64,000 nucleotides of DNA from Camelus ferus (lineage: Eukaryota): contig NC_045696.1 in the NCBI RefSeq assembly GCF_009834535.1, forward strand, positions 17,238,001 to 17,302,000, read 5' to 3'. A program made the position numbers and the translations under genes. Below the pieces are notes generated by a model, which saw only the letters and a list, made by a program, of their open reading frames with translations, ran no database searches and was not told where the DNA came from. Numbering within the stretch: position 1 is the stretch's first letter; each line of letters begins with the position of its first letter. This document shows positions 51,092 to 63,966 of the stretch, in pieces.

Positions 51092-52944
51092 TCTACTCCC
51101 TGTTTCTACACTGTCTTGCCTTCTGCCTCTGAATATGACACTGCATCAGCCACTTGGATTACTCTGACCAACAGAGACTGGGATGAGACCCATTTCCTTT
51201 ATAGAGCATTTAGTTCATTAAGGCTGCCTCCAACAAGACTCCAAACAGCAGAATGTGGCAACCTGAAGTACGAATCTCAAAAATGTTCTAGAGCTCCAAA
51301 CCCACAGTGGAACTGATCTCCTGACCATCAGTGCACACCTTAGAAATCTATGTAGTTTTCTCTTTAATATTTTATATTGACCTTTCTAATTCCCTGAGGC
51401 ATTAATCTGGGTATAGAAAGAACAACTGCATATACTCTGCCTTGATCCACAAAGAGGATGTCTCGGATAATTCTATCTTCCCTAGGTTTAGACCCATTAG
51501 TTGATGCCAAATTGAATATTTCTGAGAACTGAACGGATATCACTGATCACTTCAAATACAGTCAGAGACAAATTTCATCCAACTTTTTAATTCAACACGC
51601 ATGGTGGTGCTAAATGTTCACAGTTTGCACATGCCTTAGGCTTCAGTTATTCTTTGGGAAACTCCCCGTAACCTAGGGTAGCCTGACTTGAGAAAAATCA
51701 TCACATTCATCTGAGGGCTAGTCTCTCCTTCGACACTTTTAGGTCTCCTAAGACTGCCCTTAAGGGGCAACTTACAGTATTTGAGGAAGGGGACTAGTTA
51801 ATGCCTGGCTTCCACCAAGAACAGTGTCCCTGAAAAAATAAAACATTTAGAATTGCTGGGACTCCTCACGTGAGACCTACATCAGTTGGTGGACAAAAGT
51901 CCACACTGCCTCCAGAGTGGGACCCAGGCTGGCTGGGAGACACTTAGGGTCCCCAGTTCTTTTCAAATTGAGTCAAATCTTTTTGGTTTTGGCCAGACCA
52001 CTTAAGAGAAGTTACTCTAATCTGTCCTTTGTGCAGAGGCACCAACTGGGTGGCATCCCACTCCAGGGAATGCTGAGTGATGGCTTTGCGGGTGAGAACG
52101 TGGCAGAAAACTAGAAGTACTGGTGTTTTCCATGGGAGGTGTGATGTCTTGGACCATCTAACTCCAATAGACTTTCTGGTATCTCAGAATGGTTGAGCAG
52201 AATGAAAATCAAATCATATTCAGAGGGTTTTTTGTAGTTGTTGTTGTTACTGGGGGGTAGAAAACCCAGCTGCAGTGAAAATTACTACTATTGGAAAGAA
52301 ACATTATTAATGTCTTCCTCTCACCCTTCTCTTACGTCCTAGTATCTAAGATGTTCTTTCTCTAGGTGTCTGGCTGGTTAGTCTCCAGAAATGTTCTGTT
52401 TTATCTAGAAACGTGACAGATATAATTATTCCCTCCCCTTTTAGTTTTGAGAACTTAGAGTTTGTGCTTTAAACTTGGAAATTGCCATGCAACCCACCTT
52501 AGTTTAGTGTGTGTTCCATTTATAATCTCATTTTTCTGGATTTACTACTTCTCCATTTCCTTTGTCTGCTTATGACTTAGCTGATATACCACTAAGACCA
52601 AAAGCTACCAACAACTTGGAGAGAATTCAGCTACTAGCATTATTTTCAAGTTTGGTATTCATTCCTGACAGTATTATGAGCAGCAGGCCCATCTGAGTAA
52701 TGGTTGCTGAAGGCAAATGGCAGCAAATAGGAAAAAGTGCATCGGTGGTAAATACAGCTGAGACATGTTCTGTATGGCTAGAAATTATGCGTGTTACAAT
52801 GAAATGTTGGATAAGGCAGCGATATTCATGCGGATGCATATTTTTTCTATGGGGTGTGTAACAATGCAATCCTTCCTTTTGTTTTAAAGACTGCTAGAAA
52901 AATATGACTTCGCGATCAAAGACTCAGAATTTGGAACATGATGA

Positions 52945-53320
52945 CTTGCAGAATATCATTCAAGCCCATGTTTTATACATGAAGAAACTGAGGCTGAAGG
53001 AAGTGATGTGATTTCTCTATGCAAATATTGGTGGGGCTGGAACTACACACAGGTCAGCAATCTTAAGCCCTTCTCCAAATCTGTTCCTCTATTTTGAAAC
53101 AATGAGTGCATCCTTATAATCCCAATAATATCCTAAGCACTTTACAGATGTTACCTGATTTTATCCTTCAACTACATTATATAATGGTTATTAACTGTCC
53201 CCATTTCCCAGTGAGGAGACTGTGAGACAGAGATGCTGATTTCCCCAGGGTCAGTCAGTAAGTGGTAATATGGATCCAAAAAGCAGGTTCTTCAACCATT
53301 CAGTTATGCTGCCTCTTATT
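52945..53320 (-). mobile_element. two MIR fragments
   Basis: TTTTATACATGAAGAAACTGAGGCT (52970-52995); AGCACTTTACAGATGTTA..CCCCATTTCCCAGTGAGGAGACTG..CCCAGGGTCA (53135-53260). Confidence 0.7.
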
Positions 53321-53496
53321 TGCTCATAATGTTAAAAATGAAAAATGAGACTTTATTTAGACAATAAAAAAGCTTTACTGACTGGCAACGTGACTAGTCA
53401 TGTATGTTTTATTTTGCAGAATTTAAATATTTTCATTCAAATGTTATAGAATGAGGACAGCATAGGTCTTTATCAATAATATTTTTATCCTATAAC

Positions 53497-53733
53497 CCGT
53501 GGTTCTCAACTGGGGTGATTGTGTCCTCTCCCATCCCCACCAGGTGGACATTTGGAAATTTCTGGAGATATTTTTGATGGTGACAAATGGGTGCGGAGGG
53601 AGAGAGGAATGCCAGTAGTTCTCGTGTGCTGGAGGGCAGGGATGCTGCTCAACGTTCTACAACGTGTGTGACAGCCCTGTTCAAAGAATCACCTGGATGA
53701 AAATGTCAGTTGTTCTGAGGTTGAGAAATCCTG
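53497..53733 (+). mobile_element. MER20 non-autonomous hAT transposon
   Basis: terminal inverted repeats CCGTGGTTCTCAAC / GTTGAGAAATCCTG; GGACATTTGG..TCTGGAGATATTTTTG..GGCAGGGATGCTGCT. Confidence 0.85.
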
Positions 53734-54144
53734 TCTTGGACCTGGTCTGGCAGTGCTGGTTCAGGTCACACTGAGGCTTATTCATGCTCTGTGATGAGTA
53801 TACTGGTCAGAAGCATGTTGCTAAGCTAATCCCTAGGTATGTTTTACAGGGGTGGAATAAAGATGGATAAGGAGAGTGAGACCACACACACACACATGCA
53901 CATGCACAAATCAAAGCAGTGGAACTAATTCTGTCTTCATAATTAATTCCCTTTGAGAAACAATAAAATTTTTAAATTTTACAGACATCAGTGAAACAAG
54001 GAGAAAAATGTCAGCCCACAGGCACTATGTAGTTTTCTATTACTAATATTTTCCCCCTTATTTTCCCTTCTGAATAAAAGACAACTGAGTTCTGTTAAGG
54101 GAGATTTTGGAGAAATCAAAACGACACAAACCTCAGCCTCTAAT

Positions 54145-54910
54145 TTGTCACATCCTGGCAGAAATAAGGTGGTGCTCTCAAGCTGGGCAATCTGGGAAGT
54201 GTAATAAAGGGACTATTTACAAAGATGTCAAAAGAAAACCTGAGGCAATTTGGTGGGAGTATGTGTTGGCTAGAAGTGGGGTGCTGGTTGGTGGCTGATA
54301 AAATTTAGACTTGATAAGACAAAAAGAGGAAGGGTTGGCTATCAAAACCTGGAACAAGAGTGCCTGTGTGAAGAGGCTGGCCTTTCAGTAGCCAATGTCA
54401 GTCCATTCAGGCTGCTATAAGAAAGATACCATAGACCGGGTGGTTCACACAAGAAACATTTTTTTGTTTTTGTTTGGAGATGGCTGCTAGTACAGTCAGA
54501 TTCTTGGTAAGGGCTCTCTTCCTGGTCATGTCTTTGCATGGCCATTCCTTAGTACATGCACTCAGAGAGAGTGGGAGATGTCCTGTCTCTTCCTCTTTTA
54601 TAAGGGCACACACATCTTATAATGAGGGCTCCACCCTGATGACCTAATTGCCTCTCAAAGTCCCCACCTCTAAATATCCTTACAGAGGCGATTGAAGTTT
54701 CAGCACATGAATTTGGAGGAGGAGGGCACATTCAGTCCAATGCAACCAGCTAATGTCAGTTCCACAAAGAGGGAGGCCCTCAGGCTTCTCCCCCGTTTTG
54801 ATCTCTTACTATTAGCTTAAGCTGATAAGAAGCCAGAGCACAAGGGATCCACTGATACAGTCCCAGAGCACAGAGCATAATGGCAAAGACTGGAGTAAAT
54901 TTGATGGAAC
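54145..54910. mobile_element. old ERVL LTR relic (LTR40/LTR50-like) split by an MLT1A insertion
   Basis: TCCTGGCAG..CTCAAGCTGGG..TAATAAAGGGACTATTTACAAAG; resumes after 54744; a similar fragment lies at ~22350-22600. Confidence 0.45.
54396..54744 (-). mobile_element. MaLR solo LTR (MLT1A-like)
   Basis: TGTCAGTCCATTCAGGCTGCTATAAGAAAGATACCATAGAC..TTATAAGGGCAC..GGGCTCCACCCTGATGACCTAAT..CACATTCAGTCCAATGCA. Confidence 0.88.
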
Positions 54911-55009
54911 AAATGAGACCTTCCTAGCAGAACCTAAGAGACGAGTCATTACTCAAGGAAATGGGCTTTGCAGTTCTGTGTTCTCTGGTACGGTACTCAG
55001 TTATACGCT

Positions 55010-55610
55010 TTCATGCCTGAATGTCTGTAGAAGTCCCAAAGCCCCATTTGTCTAAAACTAAGTTTATTTTACTCTCCAAAATACCAATTTATTTAAACAT
55101 CTGTATTGTTTTTCTCATTGAATGACATTTCTGTCTATAATGTGGCCCAAGCCAAAGACCTAAGATCATCTTTGATTCTTTTATTCCTTCTTTTTCCTCA
55201 TCCAATTAATTAATAAATACATTCAGCTCTACCACCTGGATATCCACTACTGTCTATTTCTCTTAGAGGTGTTAACTTCATCTTCTGCATCACCTCAGAA
55301 CAGTATCATCTCTCAGTTGGATGATTCTAACTTGTCTCAGAGACTTCTGTCTTCACTTCAATGCATTCTTTCAATAAAACTAGAACCAGCATTTAGCATG
55401 TGAATCTAATGAATCATGTGCCTACTTAAAACCTTTCAATCTTTCCTTTATCAAGAAAAATTAAAGGTTATTAAATTGTATCTCAGCTCTCTTCTTGCTT
55501 CCATCTCTTGGCTCCATTTCTATATTCTACTTCCTGTCTTCTAACTTGCAGTTGTTTGAATCTCGATTTCTGCATACGTACCCTGAAATCTTCCAGAATG
55601 TAAAGGTTAG
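55010..55610 (+). mobile_element. L2 fragment
   Basis: TGTCTAAAACTAAG..GCCCAAGCCAAAGACCTAAGATCATCTTTGATTC..CATCCAAT..CCTACTTAAAACCTTTCAAT. Confidence 0.65.
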
Positions 55611-56867
55611 CTCCTGGTGGAAAGGCTGTCATTTCATTTTCCTCTGTGAAACATCCCTTCTCTTGACTGCTGCCTCAGCACTTCCCTTCAGTTATGGTTG
55701 AGATGGACTGTCAGGCTCATTCTGGATGAGACGTTAAGAGTGTTGAGCTTTGCCTGCAAGTAATAAGACTAAAGCAGCAAAATGACAAAGATTTCTTCTG
55801 AGAAGCTTCACAGATTCAAGAGCGCTAAGCACAACTGAATTATGCTTCAAAATGAAAACCAGTGGTGGCTAAGAAAGATAAAATTTAGGACATTTAACTT
55901 GGTTTATGGCACTTAACTCTTCAAATGGGGAAATACAGAGGAATCAGATAACAGAAAATTTCTTTCTTATTTAAAAAGTTTGATTATTCCTATACAGGAT
56001 ATGCATTTTATTTAAAAAGCTGTAAACTTAACTAAATAGTTTGATGAATGGGATTAAGCAACCCTTCCTTTTCTTGTTTGTTATATTTCATTTAGTAACT
56101 GAATGCTTAGATATTTTTCATCTTGCTACATAAGAAATATAGATTATTCAAAAATTCTGTTTCACATTAAAACAATTGATTTATTTAATTTTATGTTATA
56201 AATGATAAGTGTTATATGCTACAGAGTAGACTTACTTAAGATCTTCTGAGACAAACCATCACTTGCCATCATTTGTGTGGTTGCTTATAATTACTCTATG
56301 ACCCCATCTTTTGCTGTAAGTTCATGGAGTTTTATTTGTTGAGTACTTAAATATATTTATCAAGATATGCACCAATAAAAAATGAAGAAGTTTTAGAAAA
56401 CATACTTAGTCACAACATAAAAGTGAAATTCACTAATGAATTTGTTGATGCAAAGGTGATCTCACTTGTTAGGTTAATGAATTTTGTAGACTATGTTAAT
56501 GAAAGTGATGCATATAATTTATAGCAGTGCTATGGATAAAATAAAGTCTACCACTAGTGCAACTGCATGAAAGAAACTCATGAATATTAATATTCGGAAA
56601 GAATGGTGGATGGTTTGCCACTATGGGCCCCCAAGGCTATAAATCTAGAATGGAAATCAACTGAGACAATCCATTAGAAATCAGCTACTCACTACCCATA
56701 TTGTGTTTTGCAATTCCAGCCTAACACTGCATTTAAAATAGGTGATCTCAACTTGTTCCCAATGGATAAGTATAAGCCCTGAAGAACTACTCTTTAAACG
56801 TTGTATTTCTCCTCCGAAACTGGACTTCAAAGATATTCTGAAAACACCATAAAGTTTCAAACTTCAG

Positions 56868-56945
56868 TGCCCTCAAAAGCCTTGCATGGCTCCCATTGAC
56901 ATCAATCAGAATTTTATGTGCATGGACTGAGGGCAAAGGATAACC
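56868..56945. repeat. palindromic ancient repeat (MER135/MER121-like)
   Basis: TGCCCTCA(56868-56875)..CTCCCATTGACATCAAT..TTTTATGTGCATGGACTGAGGGCA(56935). Confidence 0.6.
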
Positions 56946-57611
56946 GTTTATGTGATCAGCAATGTGTTTGATGACAAAAAAAAAAAATTGTCTGAAATTC
57001 ACTGTGCCGACTTTATACTCTGCAAGGACACTTCCTTTCAAAAGCTCACCACCTGTCTCAATATGGTGGGCAATACTAGTTTAATTTCACAATTTAAAAA
57101 CTTGAAAGGAATTTTTAAATTTGCAATTTGAAGGTCATAGCGAAATTAACTGAAACAGCCTAAGTACTGACGGGATTTAAAGTGATGTGAATGACTTCTT
57201 AACTGAGATAGTTCTTTTTATACAAAGCACTGTTTTATTAAAATCATTGTCCAGATGCACGTAAGCAAATACTGCATTTTTTCAATTAAATTAAGTATCA
57301 ATGATGAACAATAGGAAATTTTCACCTAGTAAATAGAAATTTTTTAAATTATAATAACAACATTAACCAAACAAAATATCAGGACATATTTAAGCTCATA
57401 TCTCAAGTCCTATCAGCTGATTTTACCTGTGATTAAGCTTCATGTAGTTCCAATATCCTCTGTGTTGTAGGTTTGTGTTTATTCATTAGAAACTGTAAAC
57501 CTCACATGCTGATTTCTGTCTTAGATAAGAAATATGTTAGTGCTCTTCTGTTCCCTGAAATAGTGTGGAATTCAGTGCTTTCAGATCAAATGATTATAGA
57601 TAACTGTAGGG

Positions 57612-57772
57612 CAGGTATCTTCTCAACATTGCACAGTGGACATTTGGGGCTGGATACCTCCCTGCTGAGTAGTATGCTGAGTAAGTTCCCTAGCATTTAC
57701 CCCCTCTGCTAATAGTAACTCCACCCCAATTTTGACAACCAAAAATTTCTCCAGGCATTCCCAAATGCTCTA
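57612..57772 (-). mobile_element. MER20 fragment
   Basis: TTCTCAAC..GACATTTGGGGCTGGATA..TGACAACCAAAAATTTCTCCAGGCATTCCCAAATG. Confidence 0.75.
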
Positions 57773-58099
57773 CCGCTGTAGAATTAATTTCCAACACCGT
57801 CTTTGTTGTTCATCTTGGGTGGAATTCCATTTTCAGTAATTATTCAGAGTTTTTCAACTTTAAAGGGTCTCTTAAAATGTGAGTATTATTGAGAAAGGCT
57901 AACCGTGTTGTTACCAGCTAACTTCTTAAAGAAGATTAATAGATCACAGTGCTTTTTAAGAAAATAATAAGACATAATGTAAGGAATAGTCCGTAATGTA
58001 GGACCAGGGGAGTCAGAAAACAAGTTGTGGAGAAAAGTTGGGAAAAGTGAAATAAGAAGCCATCAGATTTAAACTTCAACTACCCTCACTCTCTGGGCA

Positions 58100-58572
58100 C
58101 TTTTTGTTATACTCAGGGTTACAGTTTCTTACAGCAAAAGGATACAGATGAAAATCAACGAAGGTAAAAGGTGTGTATAACAGAGTCCAAGAGAAAGCAG
58201 GGGCAAGCTTCCAACTGTCCTGTCCCGTGGAGTTTTAAGGGAAGCACTTTCTGCCAGCAATGACTGTGGCACAGTGATGTCCAGGGTTTTTATCAGGGTT
58301 TGGCATGTATGCAATGAGTGTCCCCATGGCTGACCTTAATTGCTCAGTATCCAGCTCCTCTCTAGGTCAAGTAATACCACACAGCCCAAGACCCTTATCA
58401 TAAATCACATGGTTGTCATCTACTATCTGGCACCACCCATGGTCCCAGGTAAGCAAAGACAGTCTTCTCAGGAAAGATGTTTCAAGGACTTAGAGATTAT
58501 CTCCCAAAAGCTGTTCAAGAGCTAAACCATTCTTTGGAATGTGCAGGCATTGGACAACCCAGTCCTGCTGAA
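58100..58572. mobile_element. ERVL LTR (MER21-like)
   Basis: GTTATACTCA..TTACAGCAAAAGGATACAGATGAAAATCA..GCAAGCTTCCA..CATAAATCACAT..TTTGGAATGTGCAGG. Confidence 0.7.
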
Positions 58573-58577
58573 TGGTA

Positions 58578-58810
58578 AAGTTCCTTATATAAAGGGCATG
58601 ATATTTCTATATAACCTAGGCATATTATCCTTTAAATCATCACTAAGTTACTTATAATATCTAATACAATGTAAATGCTATGTAAATAGTTGCTGGAGCA
58701 TGAAACATTTAAATTTTGCTTTTCAGAATTTTCTGGAAACTTCTAAACTCTTGATCTGAGGTGGGTTGAATTTCATGGATGCAGAATCTGCAATTATGGA
58801 AGGCCAGCTG
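58578..58810 (+). mobile_element. MER2-type Tigger-derived DNA transposon fragment
   Basis: CCTTATATAAA..TTTAAATCATC..TACTTATAATATCTAATACAATGTAAATGCTATGTAAATAGTTG..GGATGCAGAA..ATGGAAGGCCAGCTG. Confidence 0.85.
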
Positions 58811-59844
58811 TGTAGAGATGGGGGAGAACAATAAGGAGAAAAAAGGATGGAACTCTGCCATGGTTTTTATTTGTTTCTTTTCCCATAAATTTCAAGTTAA
58901 GCCAAGTTTCTAAATTTTGAGGTCTCACTTATTAACAATGTAAGTTAATAATCTGGGTTGTTTAGTTTAGTTGTATGGGACAGTAGTTGAAGAGCTTCTT
59001 AACTATAACAATTTGTCATATAAGACTCATTTTTAGTGTGGTTAGCAAAGCTAGGTCGAACAAGCAGTAGAAGTATGGTGTAGCACAGGGATACTTAGGG
59101 GCTTCTTTATATATTATTTTTCCCCAAATCTATAGAGTTCTGAAATTCTGTCTCAATTTCAGAGTTTAGCCTTCCACAGAGAATTATTCTGATAAGATTC
59201 AATGACACCAAAGTCCAGCATTCTTCTCAAGAGTAAAATATGTCAAAATTCATTTTGTTTTCTAGTGTGCCTGTTTCATTTTCAATATGAAATCAAAACA
59301 ATGTATCCCCTCCAAGGAAAAAGAATGACACAAAGTGATAACATATTCTTTGAAAAATATTAAAGAGAAAGAAATGATATCTTTTCTATGACCATTCAAA
59401 GTTTAATTCTTAGAAGTCTAAGTAAGTAAACTATAGTGAACCTGTTCAATAAAACTATTAACCCTTTGGATGAAATTGCAATGCAAGACTGTATTATATC
59501 TTATATAATTTAGTAAAATGTCTACCTAACAGAAAAACAAAACAAAACAAAAATGCTTCTAATTTCGTCTACATTTTAGTAGAATAAGCATAAGCATTCA
59601 ATTATTTCAGAGAATATTAAATTCTACTTAATAATGATATAGAAAAATCCTATACATTTACAAAATATTGCTCCTTTTAAGGGTTAAAAGTCATTTTTAC
59701 TAAGCAGGCACTCTGAGGAAAAGATAAGAAGAAAAATACAGATAACTAAAATCACTACATACACAGTCAAATCTTAGAAACTCATCCTTGACAACTTTCC
59801 ACAAAGATGTAATTTCTTTCTATGATGAAATTGGTCAAGGTTCA

Positions 59845-60197
59845 ATGAGAGATTTATTGGAAGGACTTAAGGCAGTTGTGGGAGCCAGTTAGGCCGTCTC
59901 TGTAAGGAGGTTGTCTTCCTGTCTGGAAGGTGCTGATGCTTGATTACCCCAGGGCAAGCACCTGGGATGGGCAAATAGATGCAAGGCTGGCAAGATCAAG
60001 TGTGAGCTGGAACCTACAAGCATGAGTTGCAGCCAGGTAAAGACAGATAAAACCCCTGTCAATTTTGGCTCCCCTGATCTTAGTGATCAGGAGTGAAGGC
60101 CCTGAAGATACCAAGGCCCTTTATCATGGAGCCAACACACACACAAAGGCACATGTGTGTGACCCAGGACTTGGAGAAGCTGAGGAAAGATCTAGGA
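59845..60197. mobile_element. old ERVL LTR relic (MLT2F/LTR52-like)
   Basis: GAGATTTATT..CAGTTGTGGGAGC..GAGCTGGAACC..CCCAGGACTTGGAGAAGCTGAGG. Confidence 0.4.
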
Positions 60198-61404
60198 CTT
60201 AAAGACAAATTAGTGATAAGATATGAACAGTCTCAGAATATATTTTAGCACATCTGTCATAAATAAAGTGAATAACTATGAAATAAATGTCATTTTTGCC
60301 ATGAGAATAGGAGCTAATGAATAATAGATTTGATAGAATTCTTTCTCTGTCTTCCCACTTCCATTTGGGTAGCATCTCATACATTTAAATTTATTTTTTA
60401 GTAACCCTTGCTGGTATGCAAAACAGGTTGAAATATAATATTGCAATCCCTGTGGCATTTTTATTTAAAATTCAGTTTTTCGTCTTCTATCAAAGGCAAA
60501 AGGAGGCATAAAAGCAGGGATTAGAAAACATGTTTTTGGTTTTTTTTTTTCTTAGGTATTGGTTTCCACATTGTTGGTTTCCCTTTCAGTTCAATGAAGT
60601 GCTGTATGTTTCCGTGGCTCAATTAATTCATTGTTACTTCAAAAAACACAATTTATAGAAAAAGTGAGAATGTTTTGTTATTTTTCTCATCAATTGATTG
60701 AAAGGGCTAAGGTATAGTTTCTATAATATGTCCTACGATTTGTCTTGTCTACTTTTTCTGTTTGATAAAAAGCAGGCATTAGAATGAAAATTTTAAGATT
60801 ATTTTAAAATTCTTGTTTAGAATGTGTGCAGTAGAAATTGTTGAAGCTGGGATAATGTTTTACATGTGCATAAAAAGGAGTCTTTCTGTGATTATGTGGA
60901 TAGCTATGGTATCCAAATAATGGTAAGAGAGTTTGTACAGGACATGGAGAGGGGAGAGTGCTGTGTTGGCAGAGATGGGAATTGTTTCATGAAGCAGAAA
61001 AAGAAAACATACTTTTCTTTTCTATGGAAGTGATAAAGAAAAGCTTTTTCCCCCCTCTTCATTTGCAACTAGGGGTTTAAAATGTAGTGGCATTCCCTGT
61101 GTACCATGAAGTTGCCTTTAATTCTCACAATTAAATGAATAGATATTATCATCATGATCATCTTAGAGTTGAATAAAATATATAGCTAATAATTATCAAA
61201 ATTAAATTTAAGTCTGTCAGATTACAAAGCCCATCTTCCCTCCTACATAACACAGACTGTAAATTTCCATGTATTATGTAAGTGGATGCACATAGCATTC
61301 TATGAAATGTCATAAGATTATGTTGTAAAATTCTATTTACAGTATCACCAACATGTAGTACTTGGAAATGCATTTCACAAAGGGCATGAATGATTTTTAA
61401 GCCG

Positions 61405-63020
61405 AAAACTATTGAAAGCTGCTGATGAAAATTTTAAAAGACCTAAATAAATAGTAGGATAAAGCATGTTCATAGTTTGGAAGACTTAATATGACCAAAA
61501 TGACAATTCCTACAAAAGGGATCAATAGATTACAGATCCAATACAATACTATTAAAAAAATCAGCAGGTTTTTCTTATTTTGGTATAAAACGACAAGTTA
61601 TCAAAAAACAAGCAATGTTTCTCCAGCTTTATTGAGATATAACTCACTAGTGAAAATTATATATACTTAAAATGTACAGCTTGATGTCTTAGTATATGTA
61701 TACATTAGGAAATAATGACCACAATCAAACTAATTAACATTTCCATTACCTTACATAGTTATTAATTTTTTGAGCAACTTATAAAGTGAATAAATATGTT
61801 GGGGGATTTAAACTACTTACAATAGTGTTCTAATAAGCAAAATATGATAAATATATAGAACACAATAGAGAATAGAGAAATAGATTTACACATAAATGGC
61901 CAATTGATTTTCAACAAAGACACCATGTCAATTAAGGAGAAATCATTTTTTTTAACCAATGGTGTTGGAACAAATATCTATGTGGAATATATCTATGTGG
62001 AATATGGAGAACATTGACTTTCCTTCACATCACACGCAAAATTAACTCAAAACATATCATACACCTTAGTACAAAAGTTAGAATACTACAACTTCTAGGC
62101 AAAAATTTAAAAAATATATATTTGTAATATTAGAGTAGGCAAACATGTTTTAGGACAAAAAGTCAGGCATGTTAAATGAAATCAAAATGATAAACTGGAC
62201 TCGATCAAAATTTTTAAAAATGTAGAAAATAAAAATGCAAGTTACAACAGTGGGAGAAATATTTACAATATACATGTCTGAGAAAGGTTTTATAGGCAAA
62301 AATGTATAAAGGGCTTTTGCAACTCAATCATAAAATGAGAAACACTCAATAAAAGCAGGCAAATGTCTGAATAGGCATTAGACAAAATAACTGTAAAACC
62401 AGTCATTAAGCAATAAAAATATGTTCAACAAAAATAGAAATAAGGTGAATACAAATTAAAATCTCCCCAAGTGAGATTCTACTAGATTCCTTCTAGAATG
62501 ATTAATGCTACAATGATCGGGTATTTGGTGAGGCTTTGGAGCAACTGAAACTCTCATGCGTGCTCAGAGTACATAATTACACAACCACTTTGGAAAATGT
62601 TTTGTCAGTTTCTTAAATAGTTTAAGCATATTCCTATATGACTCAGCCTTTACACTCCTAGATACTCATCCAAAAGAAATGAAAACACATTTCCACACAA
62701 AGACATGTACACTAACATTCATAGCAGCAAAATTCACAATAGTTAAAAACTGAAAATAACCTGAATGTCCATCAACCTATAAATGGATGAATAAAATGTC
62801 TTATGTCTTTCAATGGAATCCTTCTCAGTAACAAAAGGAAACCCATTACTGATAAACACAACCCCATGGATGAATCTCAAAATCAATGCTAAATGAAAGA
62901 AGGCAGAAACAAAATAGTGTATATAAAATGCAAATTAATTTGCAGCGACAGGAAGCATTGCTGAGTCCAGGGGCAGAGGGAGGGATGCATTGCCAAAAAG
63001 TATGAAAAATTGCATTGGGG
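61405..63020 (+). mobile_element. L1M ORF2 C-terminal region and 3' UTR relic
   Basis: TTTTAAAAGACCTAAATAAAT..GGAAGACTTAATAT..CAATTGATTTTCAACAAAG..CAAAAATTAACTCAAAA..TACACAACCACTTTGGAAAA..CATGGATGAATCTCAAAA. Confidence 0.85.
61617..61770 (-). mobile_element. L1MA-like 3' end inserted antisense into the older L1
   Basis: CCAGCTTTATTGAGATATAA..AATGTACAGCTTGATG..CCACAATCAAACTAATTAACAT..TACCTTACATAGTTA. Confidence 0.75.
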
Positions 63021-63524
63021 GGAGATTTACTATGTGGACAAAAATAAATTATCTGCCATCATGGTAATAGAAATAAGAGATTTTTCCCAGTCTCAGAAAT
63101 ACTACTTTGAAATTGAAGTTCAATTGAGCATGCCTTGAATTTGAAGTGGTATTAAAATTTCTAAAATTATGGACAAAATACATTTACCCAATTAAACTTA
63201 TGATAATAAAAAGGTAAAGAATAAAATAAACCTGCTGGATTCCAAAAGAAAGTGGCTGATAAGCCTTGAATTTTAAAACCCTATATACATCATATTGTTT
63301 TAATAAGAGAAGGGTATTTCAGAATGTCTACGCATTGTGAAATAGTCATGAGCATTAAAATTTCAATAAAAAATAAATTGTTGGGGCAAAATAGAAACAT
63401 AGCGCTTAGCACAATATCATTGTTGTATAAATTATTAAGGTTTTGAAAGAGATGCCATATTCAAAAAGAAAGCACATGCTGTAAAGGGAAAAACATCTGG
63501 AATATTAAAAGAATACTTTAATAG

Positions 63525-63966
63525 TGTCCTGGGGTTGCCATAGCAAAGTAACAGAAACTGGGTAACTAACACAACAGAAATGTGTGATTTCATACATTCT
63601 ACTTCTGAAGTTTAGAATTTAGAAGTCTGAAATCAAAGTGTGGGCAGAGCTGGTTCCTCCCAAAGGGTAGGAGGGAAAATCTGCAGTATGCTGTTCCTAG
63701 CTGCTGGCAGCATCAGGAATTAACGTGGCTTGGAGATGGTGTTTTCTCTGTGTCTTTAACTTGTCTTCTCTTTCCGTATCTGTCTCTGTGTCCAAAATGC
63801 CCATTTTTTATAAGGACACCAGTCATAATGGAATAGGGCCGACTCTAATGACTTCATCTTAATTTGATCAGTTGCAAAGATCTTGTTTAAAAGTAAGATC
63901 ACCTTCACAGGTACTGGTGGTTAGGACTCCAAGATCTTTTGGGGGGACACAATTCAAACCATAACG
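63525..63966 (-). mobile_element. MaLR LTR (MLT1C/B-like)
   Basis: GGGTTGCCATAGCAAAGTAACAGAAACTGGG..TTATAAGGACACCAGTCAT..GGTTAGGACTCCAA..GGGGGACACAATTCAAACCATAAC. Confidence 0.85.

Noticed and set aside
53536..53551. CCACCAGGTGGACA inside MER20 as a CTCF site
   Set aside because: The 3' part of the motif deviates from the consensus and it sits in a variable part of the repeat; too weak without ChIP data.
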